Of a stretch of DNA of 64,000 nucleotides, positions 1 through 11,553 are shown piece after piece. The notes under the pieces are model-generated. The model had not been told where the DNA came from. It searched no databases and saw only the letters and a program-made list of their open reading frames with translations. The stretch is from Burkholderiales bacterium (GTDB lineage Bacteria > Pseudomonadota > Gammaproteobacteria > Burkholderiales > SG8-41), in the NCBI GenBank assembly GCA_041629335.1, contig JBFKNN010000001.1, positions 30,808 through 94,807 on the forward strand. The letters run 5' to 3'. The stretch's first letter is position 1, and each line of letters opens with the position of its first letter. Both the position numbers and the translations under genes were made by a program.

Positions 1-183
1 GAGCATCTGCGCTGCGTGCGTCTGGTTGCCGCGCACCCGGTGCAGCACGGATTCGATCAGCGGCTTCTCGATGCAATTGATCACCATGTCGTAGACGCCG
101 CGCGCCTTTTCCCCGTCCAGGTCCTTGAAATAGCCGTCGATGGCCTTGCGCACGACGCGGGCCATTTCGTTCTCGTTGATCAT
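1..183 (-). CDS. fis: Fis-family nucleoid-associated DNA-binding protein, N-terminal part (gene runs off the left edge)
   Basis: Not in ORF track. My minus-strand translation from ATG 183-181 gives MINENEMARVVRKAIDGYFKDLDGEKARGVYDMVINCIEKPLIESVLHRVRGNQTHAAQML, which is Fis-like (GYF.DL.G...Y.MV....PL...V...GNQ..AA..L). ATGA overlap with the dusB stop. dusB-fis order as in E. coli. Confidence 0.8.
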   Translation of the reverse strand, partial: MINENEMARVVRKAIDGYFKDLDGEKARGVYDMVINCIEKPLIESVLHRVRGNQTHAAQML

Positions 184-1187
184 GCCACCGTTTCCTCGGA
201 ATAGGAGAGCCGCTCGCCCCGGCCCGCGAGATGGGCGAAGAATTCGTTGACTGCAGCCAATTGTTCGCTGCTGGTCTGCAGCTGATTCATCGCGTGGCGG
301 AATGCGGCTGAACCCGCCAGGCCCTTCGTATACCAAGAGATGTGCTTGCGCGCAACGCGCACGCCGGTGTGCTCGCCGTAGAAGCCATAGAGGTCGTGCA
401 GATGCGCGATCAGCACACGATGGATCTCCGCGACGGCGGGCGGCAGCATGCGCTCACCGGTCGCAAGATAATGATCGACCTCGCGAAACATCCACGGTCG
501 GCCCTGTGCGGCACGTCCGATCATCACCGCGTCCGCGCCGGTATACTGCAGCACGTGCTTCACCCGCTCCGGGGAATCGATATCGCCGTTGGCGATCACC
601 GGAATGCGGATTTCCTGCTTCACCGCCGCGATCGTGTCGTACTCCGCGTCCCCGGAAAACCCGCAGGCCCGCGTGCGGCCGTGTATGGCCAGCGCGGCGA
701 CGCCCGCCCCCTCGGCGATCCGCGCGACCTTCAGGGCGTTCCGGTTCTGACCGTCCCAGCCCGTGCGAATCTTCAGCGTCACCGGCACATCGACCGCCTC
801 GACCACGGCGTCGAGGATCCGGCCGACCAGGGGCTCGTCCTTGAGCAATGCGGAACCGGCCATCACGTTGCATACCTTCTTGGCCGGACAGCCCATGTTG
901 ATATCGATGATCTGGGCGCCCTGGTCGACATTGTATTTGGCCGCTTCCGCCAGCATGCGCGGATCGGCGCCGGCGATTTGAACCGAGATCGGCTCGACTT
1001 CGCCGTCGTGGTTCGCGCGGCGGCGCGTCTTCTCCGAGCCCCACAGCAGCGAATTGCTGGCCACCATCTCGGATACCGCCATGCCAGCGCCCATGCGCTT
1101 GCACAGCTGGCGAAAGGGCCGGTCGGTTACACCGGCCATGGGCGCCACGATCAGGTTGTTCCGAAGACGATAGGGACCGATTTGCAT
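180..1187 (-). CDS. dusB: tRNA-dihydrouridine synthase B
   Basis: ORF 180..1238 trimmed to ATG 1187 (MQIGPYRLRNNLIVAPMAGVTDRPFRQLC...). Dus-family motifs; directly upstream of fis. Confidence 0.9.
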   Translation of the reverse strand: MQIGPYRLRNNLIVAPMAGVTDRPFRQLCKRMGAGMAVSEMVASNSLLWGSEKTRRRANHDGEVEPISVQIAGADPRMLAEAAKYNVDQGAQIIDINMGCPAKKVCNVMAGSALLKDEPLVGRILDAVVEAVDVPVTLKIRTGWDGQNRNALKVARIAEGAGVAALAIHGRTRACGFSGDAEYDTIAAVKQEIRIPVIANGDIDSPERVKHVLQYTGADAVMIGRAAQGRPWMFREVDHYLATGERMLPPAVAEIHRVLIAHLHDLYGFYGEHTGVRVARKHISWYTKGLAGSAAFRHAMNQLQTSSEQLAAVNEFFAHLAGRGERLSYSEETVA

Positions 1188-1414
1188 CGGGTGTTTCTTA
1201 CGGGAAAGGGCGTAATTGTAATCGCAGCGCTGCTGCAAGAAAAGGCAGCAATGCGATTTTCTGGCCGGCCTCGAGGGCGCGCCGGCGCGGCGTGCGCCGC
1301 GATGCGCGCCGGCTGTCAGTTCAGAGCCCGGTTAGCCGGTCCCTGGCCGTGTTCGGGGCGTTTCGTGCCTTTGTCCGCCGTGCGGTGCGAGTCCGTCTCG
1401 TTCGCACTCGCGCC

Positions 1415-2587
1415 TCAAGCACGCGAGCCGAATATCATGCGCCGCGCCACGAAGTCCCGCGCCGGCGGCACGCAGCCCAGCAGGGCGAGGCCGATTCCGC
1501 GTGCCGCCCTCAGCGGCGCGACATCGTTGGAAAACAGCCGCACCAGTGAATCGGTGAAGCCGATGCCCCCGCTACGGTCCAGGCGGCGGCGACGGCGATA
1601 CGCGTCGAGCATGGCCTGGCTGCCGATGGCATCGCGGCCCCGACGCCGAATCTCGTCAGCGAGCTCCCACGCGTCGCGCAGCCCGAGATTGAAGCCCTGT
1701 CCGGCGACGGGATGAAGCGTCTGGGCGGCATTGCCCACCAGTACGGTGGCGGGCAGCGAGCTACGGCTCGCGACCCGCAGCGCGAGCGGGAAGCTGGCAC
1801 GGGCGCGGGCATTCCGGAATGCGCCGAGACGCGCGCCGAAGCCCTCCTCGAGCGCCCCGCAAAATTCGTTGTCGGACAGCGCACAGAGACCCGCCGCGCG
1901 CTCCGGCGCTGCGGTCCACACGACGGCAATGTCCTCGCCGCTCGGCAGCAAGGCAAGCGGCCCCTCCCGGGTAAACCGCTCGAAGGCCACGTGGCGATGG
2001 GGCAGTTCGCTTCTCACCGTGGCAACTACGGCGGCTTGACCGTAATCCGACCTCCTCGACCGTGCGATGCCCGGCAGTGCGCCACCGTCCGCCACGGCGA
2101 CGAGGCGGGCGCCGAGCGCTTGCTGCTTCCCGTCAGCTTCGAAGGTCACTGCCGCCGCCCCGTCGTGCCGGTTGATGTCGAGGACTCGTGCGCCGCCGGT
2201 AATCCGCAGGGTGCCCGCGAGGGCACCGATCAATGCGGCATGTAGACCTGCGTAATCGACGATGTAGCCCAGTGCCGGCAGCTGCACCTCGCGCGCCGTG
2301 AGCATGACGCGCCCGAAGCCGCCGCTCTGCGACACGTGGATCGCCTCGATCGGTGTCGGCGCGTGCAGCCCGTCCCACGCGCCGAGACGCTCCAGGATCA
2401 GCCGGCTGCCATAGGACAGCGCAAGCGGCCGCCGGTCGCCGGCGGGCTGGCTCCGCGCCTCGAGCAGTTTCAGCGACAGTCCAGTACCGGCGAGCGCCAG
2501 CGCGAGTGCCGCGCCCACTGGCCCGCCGCCGATGATGACGACGTCCGCCTGCTCAATCACGCCGCGCTCCGATCGCCGCCTCGACAT
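1415..2587 (-). CDS. ubiH: UbiH/UbiF/VisC-family FAD-dependent ubiquinone-biosynthesis hydroxylase
   Basis: ORF 1415..2707. Dinucleotide fold DVVIIGGGPVGAALALALA near the N-terminus. Start taken at the internal ATG (MSRRRSERG...), overlapping the pepP end by about 35 nt; start uncertain. pepP-ubiH order as in E. coli. Confidence 0.75.
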   Translation of the reverse strand: MSRRRSERGVIEQADVVIIGGGPVGAALALALAGTGLSLKLLEARSQPAGDRRPLALSYGSRLILERLGAWDGLHAPTPIEAIHVSQSGGFGRVMLTAREVQLPALGYIVDYAGLHAALIGALAGTLRITGGARVLDINRHDGAAAVTFEADGKQQALGARLVAVADGGALPGIARSRRSDYGQAAVVATVRSELPHRHVAFERFTREGPLALLPSGEDIAVVWTAAPERAAGLCALSDNEFCGALEEGFGARLGAFRNARARASFPLALRVASRSSLPATVLVGNAAQTLHPVAGQGFNLGLRDAWELADEIRRRGRDAIGSQAMLDAYRRRRRLDRSGGIGFTDSLVRLFSNDVAPLRAARGIGLALLGCVPPARDFVARRMIFGSRA

Positions 2588-3863
2588 CGGCAATCCGCTT
2601 CGGCGCGCTAGCGGAGAGAATCTCGCAGCCCGCGGCTGTGACCAGCACGTCGTCCTCGATGCGCACGCCGATTCCCGCAAGCGCGGCCGGCACCCCCTCG
2701 CCCGCACGAATGTAACAGCCGGGCTCCACCGTCAGGACCATCCCCGGCTGCAGGTCGCGCCAGCTCTTCTGTATCTTGTAGTCGCCCGCATCGTGCACGT
2801 CGAGACCCAGCCAGTGCCCCGTTCGATGCATATAGAATTTCTTGTAGGCCTCGGTCTCGACCACCTGATCGACGCTACCGGTCAGCAATCCGAGATCGAT
2901 CAAGCCTCGAGCCAAGGTCCGGACTGCAGCCTCATGCGGCGCATTCCACGCGTTACCGGGCTTCACCTGCGCAATCGCGTCGGCCTGCGCTGACAAAACC
3001 AGCTCATATACCGCCTTCTGCGCCGCACTGAACCGACCGTTCACGGGAAACGTCCGGGTGATGTCCGAGGCATAGCCGTCGACCTCGCACCCGGCGTCGA
3101 TCAGCAGCATATCACCGTCCCTGAGCACGCTGTCGTTCTGCACGTAATGCAGCACACAGGCATTCGCGCCACCTGCCACAATCGGCGTATAGGCGGGCGA
3201 CTGGGCGCCGTGGCGGCGAAACTCGTGCAACAGCACGGCCTCGATCTCGTATTCCGAGCTGCCCGGGCGAACGGCCCCCATGGCGCGGCGGTGCGCCCCC
3301 GCCGAGATAGTGGCAGCCCGCCGCATGGTCGCGATTTCATGTGCGTCCTTGATCAGCCGCATTTCGTCGAGCAGGGCGCACACGTCGTGGACGACATGCG
3401 GCGCCATGACGCCCTTTCTCACCTGGCCTCGCACCGCGTTTATCCACCCGAGGACGCGCGCATCCCAGGCACCATCGCCGCCCAGCCGGCAGAAAACCGC
3501 ATCCTGGTCGGCGAGCAGCGTCGGCATCAGCTCGTCAAGCTTGCCGACCGAGTGCGCCTCGTCGAGGCGGAACCTCTCGCGCGCCGATTCCGGACCGAAA
3601 CGGAAGCCGTCCCAGATCTCGTGCTCCGGATCCTTCTCGCGGCAGAAGAGGATGCTGCGCGCGCGCTCGCCGGCGACGACCACCAGGACCGCGTCCGGCT
3701 CGCGAAAACCGGTCAGGTAATAGAAATAGCTGTCGAAGCGGTACGGATAATGCGCATCGCGGTTGCGCACGCGCTCCGGTGCAGTGGGAATGACCGCAAC
3801 TCCACCTCCCATGGCGCGCGCAAGGCCCGCGCGGCGCCGCGCGAAGATATCATCGTCATGCAT
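2553..3863 (-). CDS. pepP: Xaa-Pro aminopeptidase (aminopeptidase P)
   Basis: ORF 2553..4031 trimmed to ATG 3863 (MHDDDIFARRRAGL...). M24B motifs YRFDSYFYYLTGF, HRTGHWLGLDVHD, GIGVRIEDDVLV. Confidence 0.9.
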   Translation of the reverse strand: MHDDDIFARRRAGLARAMGGGVAVIPTAPERVRNRDAHYPYRFDSYFYYLTGFREPDAVLVVVAGERARSILFCREKDPEHEIWDGFRFGPESARERFRLDEAHSVGKLDELMPTLLADQDAVFCRLGGDGAWDARVLGWINAVRGQVRKGVMAPHVVHDVCALLDEMRLIKDAHEIATMRRAATISAGAHRRAMGAVRPGSSEYEIEAVLLHEFRRHGAQSPAYTPIVAGGANACVLHYVQNDSVLRDGDMLLIDAGCEVDGYASDITRTFPVNGRFSAAQKAVYELVLSAQADAIAQVKPGNAWNAPHEAAVRTLARGLIDLGLLTGSVDQVVETEAYKKFYMHRTGHWLGLDVHDAGDYKIQKSWRDLQPGMVLTVEPGCYIRAGEGVPAALAGIGVRIEDDVLVTAAGCEILSASAPKRIADVEAAIGARRD

Positions 3864-4077
3864 CGTAAGACAGCCCCTGGAATCGTCAATGTAACGTCGC
3901 CGCCCGACCGAACGCAAGCGACCGCTTGCTCGCTGCCATCGCGGTACTGCGAGTCGAGCAAAGCTGCCCGGCGGTCCGCAACCGGCGCAAGGCAAGCCAC
4001 GACGCCGGCGCCCCGCGCTCGCTTTCCGCATCCAGCACCAGCGATTGACCGACAGACGGCTCGTCCATGGATCGCGA

Positions 4078-5783
<1,706 letters not shown>

Positions 5784-5846
5784 GCTGATTGCCTTGGGCG
5801 GTGAATTGTGCGATTTTAGCACCTCGCTCCGGGCCGCCCTGCTACG

Positions 5847-8147
5847 ATGCACAAGATCAAAACAGAGAGCATCTGTGTTGCCGTACTCTGCTCCCTGCCA
5901 TTTGCTGCCGCCGCACAACAAGGGCTCCAGCTCAAGTCCCAGCCGACGCTCATCCTGATCCCGCCTTCCAGCGACGACGTCGTCCCGCTCTTTATCGACG
6001 CCGACCGGATCCAGGGACATAACGACAAGGAGACGGAGGCGCAGGGCGATGTGCGCCTGCGCAAGCGCGGCCAGGCGATGTTCGCCGACTGGCTGCGCTA
6101 CGACAAAGACCGGGACCAGGTCCGCGCCGCGGGCAACGTGCGTATCGAGCAGGGAAGCGACATCGTGGAGGGCGCGCGTCTCGAATACAACGTCGAGACC
6201 GATCATGGCTACATGGAACAGCCGCGCTACACGCTGACGCCGCGGGCGCCGGGCTCGCCGCCGGGCGCGGGCACGCCACGTTTCACCGATGCGGATGCGC
6301 GCGGGCGCGCCGAGCGGCTGCTGTTCGAGGGCGCCGGCCAGTACCGCGCCAAGCGCGCCGAATACACCACCTGCGCCCCCGGCAACGACGACTGGTTCAT
6401 CCGCAGCGGCGAGCTGTTCATCGACAAGGGGCGCGACGTCGGCATCGCGCACGATGCGAGCATCGTGTTCCTCGGGCAGACCATTTTTTATTCGCCCTAC
6501 CTGTCTTTTTCCCTGCACCAGCAGCGCAAGTCGGGCTTTCTCACGCCGCATTACGGCAGTTCGAGCAAGAGCGGGATCGAGCTTACCGTGCCCTACTACT
6601 GGAACATCGCGCCCAACCGTGATGCCACGATCGCGCCGCGCCTGCTGACCAAGCGCGGGCTGCTGGTCAACAACGAGTTCCGCTACCTCGAGCCGACCTA
6701 CAGCGGGGAAACGAGGCTCGAATTCCTCCCCGGGGATCAGCAAAAGAACGATGCAACCCGCTACGCGCTGTTCGTGCAGCACCGGCAGGCACTGCCGTAC
6801 GGCTGGCACGGCACGCTCAACTTGCAGAAGGCCTCGGACGACACTTACTTCACCGACCTGTCGACACAGATCAACCTCACATCGCAGGTCCTGCTGCCGC
6901 GCGAGGGCGTTCTGTCGCGGGGTGGCACGTGGGGCCGCACCGGCGTCTACGGCCTCACGGCACATGTCCAGAGCTGGCAGACGCTTCAGGCCGACCTGCT
7001 CAACCCGATCACGCCGCCGTACAACCGGCTGCCGCAGCTGACGCTCACTGCGCAAAACGAGGGGATTCTGGCAAGCGATTTCGATCTGTTTAGCAGCTAC
7101 GTCAGCTTCGAACATCCGACGCTCGCCAACGGCAAACGGCTGCTCGCCTATCCAAGCCTCAGCGCACCGATCCACACTCCCTACGCCTACGTGACGCCGA
7201 AAGTCGGCATGCACGTTACCCACTACGCCCTCGACCAGACGACCACCACGTTTCCGGACACGACACGCGCGCTACCCATTTTCAGCCTGGGAAGCGGTCT
7301 GGTTCTGGAGCGCGACGCGCCGCTTTTCGGGAAGAACGTGATCCACACACTCGAGCCCGCGCTGTATTACGTCTATGTCCCGTTCCGCGACCAGAGCCGG
7401 ATCCCCAACTTCGAGAGCGGCCTGCAGGACATCAATTTCGCGACGCTCTTTAGCGAAAATCAGTTCAGCGGCCAGGACCGCATCAACGACGCGAACCAGG
7501 TGACACTGGGTGTCACCTCGCGGCTGATCGACGGGGCGACGGGATCCGAGCGCCTGCGCGTAGGCGTGGCGCAGCGCTATTATTTCCAGTCCCAGCGCGT
7601 CACGCTTCCCGGCGTCCCGCCGCGCTCGACGCAGAGCTCGAGTTCGGACCTGCTGGCGGCGGCGAGCGGAACCGTGGCGCGCAACTGGTCGGCCAACGTC
7701 GGCTGGCAGTACAACACCGACCAGTCCAAGAGCCAGCGATTCAACGTCGGCACCCGCTACCAGCCGCAGCCGGGAAAGGTTCTCAATCTTGTCTACCGCT
7801 ATACCGTCAACTCAATCGAGCAGACCGACGTATCCGCGCAGTGGCCGCTGTCCAGCCGGTGGTCCGCAGTCGGGCGCTGGAACTACTCGCATCGGGACGA
7901 CCGCACACTCGAGGCGCTGGGCGGCTTCGAATATAATGGCGGCTGCTGGGTGCTGCGCGTTGTCGGGCATCGGTTTGCGACCGCGACGCGCGAAGCATCG
8001 ACCTCGGTCTTCGTGCAGCTCGAATTGAACGGCGTATCGCGAATCGGCTCCAATCCCCTTGATATACTACGGCGTAACATTGCCGGGTACGTCCGGCAGG
8101 ATCCCCGTCCGGTTCGCGCGGAGGAGGCGCCCTGGGCACAGTACTGA
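5847..8147 (+). CDS. lptD: LPS-assembly outer-membrane protein LptD
   Basis: 766-aa ORF with signal peptide (MHKIKTESICVAVLCSLPFAAAAQQ). Size and lptD-surA-pdxA-rsmA synteny. Confidence 0.9.
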   Translation: MHKIKTESICVAVLCSLPFAAAAQQGLQLKSQPTLILIPPSSDDVVPLFIDADRIQGHNDKETEAQGDVRLRKRGQAMFADWLRYDKDRDQVRAAGNVRIEQGSDIVEGARLEYNVETDHGYMEQPRYTLTPRAPGSPPGAGTPRFTDADARGRAERLLFEGAGQYRAKRAEYTTCAPGNDDWFIRSGELFIDKGRDVGIAHDASIVFLGQTIFYSPYLSFSLHQQRKSGFLTPHYGSSSKSGIELTVPYYWNIAPNRDATIAPRLLTKRGLLVNNEFRYLEPTYSGETRLEFLPGDQQKNDATRYALFVQHRQALPYGWHGTLNLQKASDDTYFTDLSTQINLTSQVLLPREGVLSRGGTWGRTGVYGLTAHVQSWQTLQADLLNPITPPYNRLPQLTLTAQNEGILASDFDLFSSYVSFEHPTLANGKRLLAYPSLSAPIHTPYAYVTPKVGMHVTHYALDQTTTTFPDTTRALPIFSLGSGLVLERDAPLFGKNVIHTLEPALYYVYVPFRDQSRIPNFESGLQDINFATLFSENQFSGQDRINDANQVTLGVTSRLIDGATGSERLRVGVAQRYYFQSQRVTLPGVPPRSTQSSSSDLLAAASGTVARNWSANVGWQYNTDQSKSQRFNVGTRYQPQPGKVLNLVYRYTVNSIEQTDVSAQWPLSSRWSAVGRWNYSHRDDRTLEALGGFEYNGGCWVLRVVGHRFATATREASTSVFVQLELNGVSRIGSNPLDILRRNIAGYVRQDPRPVRAEEAPWAQY

Positions 8148-8153
8148 ACTGAA

Positions 8154-9521
8154 GTGAAATCCGAGAACCCGACGCTGATCGAGGCCGTTGTGACCGACCG
8201 CCTGAGCCGTTCCGTGCGCCGCTGCGCGGGCCTTCTGCTCGTCGCCGCGTGTGCCTGTTTCACCGTAATGCCAGCCTGGGCGCAGAAGCCCGGCGCGATC
8301 GTCGTGCTCGACCGCATCGTGGCGGTGATCAACGACGAAGTGATCACGCGCGCCGAGCTGGACGCGCGCGTAAAATACGCCGTCAGGCAGCTCGCGCACC
8401 AAGGCACGCCCCAGCCGCCCCTGCAGGAGCTCGAGCGACAGGTGCTGGAGCGCCTTGTCAACGACCGGGTGCAGCTGCAGTTTGCGAAGACGACGGGTCT
8501 GCGTGTGGACGACGCCGAGCTCGACCGTGCCCTGAACCGCATCGCGGAAGACAACAAGCTTTCCCTCGAACAGCTCAGACAGACGCTCGAGAGAGACGGT
8601 GTCCCGTTCGCCAAGTTCCGGCAGGACATTCACACCGAGATCATCTTGTCACGGCTGCGCGAACGCGAGGTGGACAGCAAGATTTCCGTCACGGAGGGCG
8701 AGATAGACAACGTGATCACCCTGCAACAGTCGCAGCAGGGCCGGCCGGACGAGTACAACCTGTCTCACATCCTCGTCACGGTGCCCGAGAACGCCAGTCC
8801 GGAGCAGATCCAGCAGCGGCGGGCGCGCGCCGGGCAGGCGCACGCTCAGCTCAAGCGGGGCGACGATTTCGGCCAGGTCGCGGCCGCGTTCTCCGACGCG
8901 CCGGACGCGCTGAAAGGGGGGCAACTTGGCTGGCGTGAGGAAACCCGCCTGCCGAGCATTTTTGTCGAGGCCTTGCGCAAGATGCGGGTGGGCGAGGTGA
9001 GCGAGGTGCTGCGCAGCCCCAACGGCTTCCATGTACTGAAGATCAACGACAAACGCGGGGTCGAGGCGCCAGTCATCGTCCAGCAAACGCATGCGCGGCA
9101 TATCCTGATCAGGACCAACGAGCTGGTATCGGAGGGCGAGGCACGAGCCAGGCTGGTCGGTTTGAAGGAACGGCTGGAGAACAAGGCCGACTTCGCGAGT
9201 CTCGCGCGCGCCAACTCCGAGGACACCAGCGCCGGCAAGGGCGGTGACCTCGGATGGCTCACGCCCGGGGATACGGTGCCCGAATTCGAGCGCGCGATGA
9301 ACAACTTGAAACCCGGCGAGATCAGCCCGCCGGTCAAGACGCCATTCGGCTGGCACCTGATCCAGGTCGTCGAGCGCCGCAACGAGGACATGTCGAAGGA
9401 GCGGCAGCGGCTCTCGGCGCGGCAGGCACTGCGGGCCCGCAAGTCCGACGAGGCGTATCAGGAATGGGTCCGCCAGCTGCGCGACCGGGCGTATGTCGAG
9501 CTGCGGCTCGAAGAACGATAA
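8154..9521 (+). CDS. surA: Periplasmic chaperone / peptidyl-prolyl isomerase SurA
   Basis: GTG start. Signal peptide ...CFTVMPAWAQ; two parvulin modules (GGQLGW..., GGDLGWLTPG...). Conserved synteny. Confidence 0.9.
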   Translation: MKSENPTLIEAVVTDRLSRSVRRCAGLLLVAACACFTVMPAWAQKPGAIVVLDRIVAVINDEVITRAELDARVKYAVRQLAHQGTPQPPLQELERQVLERLVNDRVQLQFAKTTGLRVDDAELDRALNRIAEDNKLSLEQLRQTLERDGVPFAKFRQDIHTEIILSRLREREVDSKISVTEGEIDNVITLQQSQQGRPDEYNLSHILVTVPENASPEQIQQRRARAGQAHAQLKRGDDFGQVAAAFSDAPDALKGGQLGWREETRLPSIFVEALRKMRVGEVSEVLRSPNGFHVLKINDKRGVEAPVIVQQTHARHILIRTNELVSEGEARARLVGLKERLENKADFASLARANSEDTSAGKGGDLGWLTPGDTVPEFERAMNNLKPGEISPPVKTPFGWHLIQVVERRNEDMSKERQRLSARQALRARKSDEAYQEWVRQLRDRAYVELRLEER

Positions 9522-9536
9522 TATCCGGCCTGGGCG

Positions 9537-10601
9537 TTGCGCCCGCTGGCCGCTGGTCCGGCAGCGCGGCTGAAAAAGGGGCACCCGGCCATTCCGACTT
9601 CCACCCATTCTGATCCTGTCATTGCGGTCACCGCCGGGGAACCGGCCGGGATCGGCCCCGACCTGTGCGTGGCGTTGGCGCGCGGCCGCATGGCCGCCCG
9701 GGTTGCCATCGTCGCTGACCGCGATATGCTGATCGAGCGCGCCCGGACGGTTGGCATAGCCCTCAAGATTGAGGATTTCGTTCCTGGCGCCCGCGCCCCG
9801 GCGGCCGGCCACTGCCTGCGGGTGTGCCACGTCGCACTGGCCGCGCGCGTCACGCCCGGCAAGCTCAATCCGGCCAATAGCGCCTACGTGCTGCAGACAC
9901 TGGAAGCGGCTGCCGACGGCTGCCGCAGCGGAATCTTCGACGCGATGACGACCGCGCCCGTGCATAAGGGCGTGATCAACGATGCCGGCTTCACCTTCAC
10001 CGGTCACACCGAGTTTCTGGCCGCCCGGTTGGCTGCGGAGCACGTCGTGATGATGCTGATCGGCGGCGGTATGCGTGTTGCCTTGGCAACCACGCACCTG
10101 CCGCTCACTGCCGTCCCGTCCCACATCACGCGCGAAAGCCTCGAGCGGACGCTGCGTGTCCTGCATCGCGATCTCGTCGCGCGTTTCGGCCTGCGCCGCC
10201 CGCGCATCGCGGTCGCGGGCCTCAACCCCCACGCCGGCGAGTCCGGTTATCTCGGCCGCGAAGAGATCGAGGTGATAGGCCCGGTTCTCGACGCGCTGCG
10301 CGCCCAAGGCCTGGACCTGACCGGGCCGCTGCCCGCCGACACGCTGTTCAATCCCCGGCAGCTGGCGCACTTCGATTGCGTGCTGGCGATGTACCACGAT
10401 CAAGGGCTGCCGGTACTGAAGCACGCGAGCTTCGGCTCCGGGGTGAATATCACACTCGGGCTGCCGATCATCCGCACTTCCGTCGATCACGGCACCGCGC
10501 TCGATCTGGCGGGAACGGGCAAGGCTGACGCCGGGAGTCTGGTAGAAGCGATCAATGTTGCCGCCGAGCTCGCGATGCGCGGCAGGCGGGCTGTGGCGTG
10601 A
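9537..10601 (+). CDS. pdxA: 4-hydroxythreonine-4-phosphate dehydrogenase
   Basis: VIAVTAGEPAGIGPDL and GHTEFL motifs. TTG start at 9537 is the only in-frame start upstream of the conserved core; start uncertain. Confidence 0.85.
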   Translation: MRPLAAGPAARLKKGHPAIPTSTHSDPVIAVTAGEPAGIGPDLCVALARGRMAARVAIVADRDMLIERARTVGIALKIEDFVPGARAPAAGHCLRVCHVALAARVTPGKLNPANSAYVLQTLEAAADGCRSGIFDAMTTAPVHKGVINDAGFTFTGHTEFLAARLAAEHVVMMLIGGGMRVALATTHLPLTAVPSHITRESLERTLRVLHRDLVARFGLRRPRIAVAGLNPHAGESGYLGREEIEVIGPVLDALRAQGLDLTGPLPADTLFNPRQLAHFDCVLAMYHDQGLPVLKHASFGSGVNITLGLPIIRTSVDHGTALDLAGTGKADAGSLVEAINVAAELAMRGRRAVA

Positions 10602-10623
10602 AGGCCGTCGCGGGCCATCCCTG

Positions 10624-11403
10624 ATGCGTCACGTCCCGCGCAAGCGGTTTGGCCAGAACTTTCTCACCGACGCGGCCGTGATCGACGCGATCGTGGCCAC
10701 GATTGATCCGCGTCCCGATGATCGCATGATCGAGATCGGCCCGGGCCTGGGTGCGCTCACGCGGCCACTCGCCGCAAAGGTCCGCCACTTGAATGTCATC
10801 GAGATCGATCGTGACCTCGCGGCCAGGCTCTCGCGCGAATTCGCATCGCAAGACGTGACGGTTCACCAGGGTGACGTCCTTGAGTTCGACTTCTCCCGGC
10901 TCGGGCCGGATCTGCGCATCGTCGGAAACCTGCCGTACAACATCTCCACGCCGGTCCTGTTTGTTCTGGTGCGGAGCGCGGCCTTGTTGCGCGATATTCA
11001 CGTCATGCTGCAGAAGGAAGTTGTCGACCGGATGGCCGCGCGACCGGGCTCGTCAGCATACGGACGATTGTCGGTAATGCTGCAGTATCGCTTCCGGATC
11101 GAGAGCGTGCTCGAGGTCCCGGCATCCGCCTTCGAGCCGGTGCCGCAGGTTGCGTCAGCGGTTGCGCGCCTGTTGCCTGCTGCGCAGCGGGAGCCGGCGC
11201 ACGACGAGGCGCTGCTCGCGGGCATCGTCACCAGCGCGTTCTCTCAGCGCCGGAAGACCCTTCGCAACACGCTCAAGCACCTATTGAAAAATGCGGATTT
11301 CGAGCAACTGCGGATCGACCCCGGCGCGCGCGCGCAAGAGTTGGCCGTCGCGGATTTCGTGCGGATCGCCAACCACGTGGCCCCGGCCGCGGCGCAGGAG
11401 TAG
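10624..11403 (+). CDS. rsmA: 16S rRNA (adenine1518/1519-N6)-dimethyltransferase RsmA/KsgA
   Basis: ORF 10555..11403 trimmed to ATG 10624 (MRHVPRKRFGQNFLTD...), IEIGPGLGALT SAM motif. Confidence 0.9.
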   Translation: MRHVPRKRFGQNFLTDAAVIDAIVATIDPRPDDRMIEIGPGLGALTRPLAAKVRHLNVIEIDRDLAARLSREFASQDVTVHQGDVLEFDFSRLGPDLRIVGNLPYNISTPVLFVLVRSAALLRDIHVMLQKEVVDRMAARPGSSAYGRLSVMLQYRFRIESVLEVPASAFEPVPQVASAVARLLPAAQREPAHDEALLAGIVTSAFSQRRKTLRNTLKHLLKNADFEQLRIDPGARAQELAVADFVRIANHVAPAAAQE

Positions 11404-11553
11404 GCGCGGGTGCCGCCGCCCTGCGACGCACGCGCTGCGCGCCAACAAATCTCCGGGAAGATTCTCGCAGCCGGCGGCAGCGCCAGTTACCGACCAGCAA
11501 GGCTGGAGTACTACATTGCTCCCGCGCCTCGCTTACGCCACGGCGCGATACAT

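Noticed and set aside
1221-1257. Imperfect hairpin ATCGCA..GCTGC / GCAGC..TGCGAT followed by TTTT on the + strand, 33 nt upstream of the dusB ATG.
   Set aside because: No + strand transcript would use it as a terminator. On the minus strand it lies in the dusB-fis leader or promoter, with an internal loop and short stems. It is too weak to interpret without expression data.
3864-4077. 6S RNA (ssrS) expected by analogy with the E. coli pepP neighbourhood.
   Set aside because: I could not find the long closing stem between the 5' and 3' ends or a central-bubble architecture, only short local hairpins. zapA and ygfA, which flank ssrS in E. coli, are absent.
5784-7223. N-terminal 480 aa of the 815-aa ORF 4776..7223, which would make a giant kinase fusion overlapping lptD.
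   Set aside because: Only the C-terminal 335 codons look like a real protein (AmgK-type kinase motifs). The upstream part is antisense to lptD and has noise-like composition.
8649-10490. Very long ORFs antisense to well-supported genes: 8649..10490(-), 18380..20683(+), 26061..27797(-), 31907..33730(-), 35034..36488(-), 36716..38584(-), 39612..41837(-), 44034..45569(+), 58151..59323(+), 61599..63029(+).
   Set aside because: Their translations are Arg/Ala/Gly/Pro/His-rich low-complexity strings with no recognisable motifs. Each mirrors a gene with strong family signatures on the other strand. Stop-codon-poor GC-rich DNA routinely produces such shadow ORFs.
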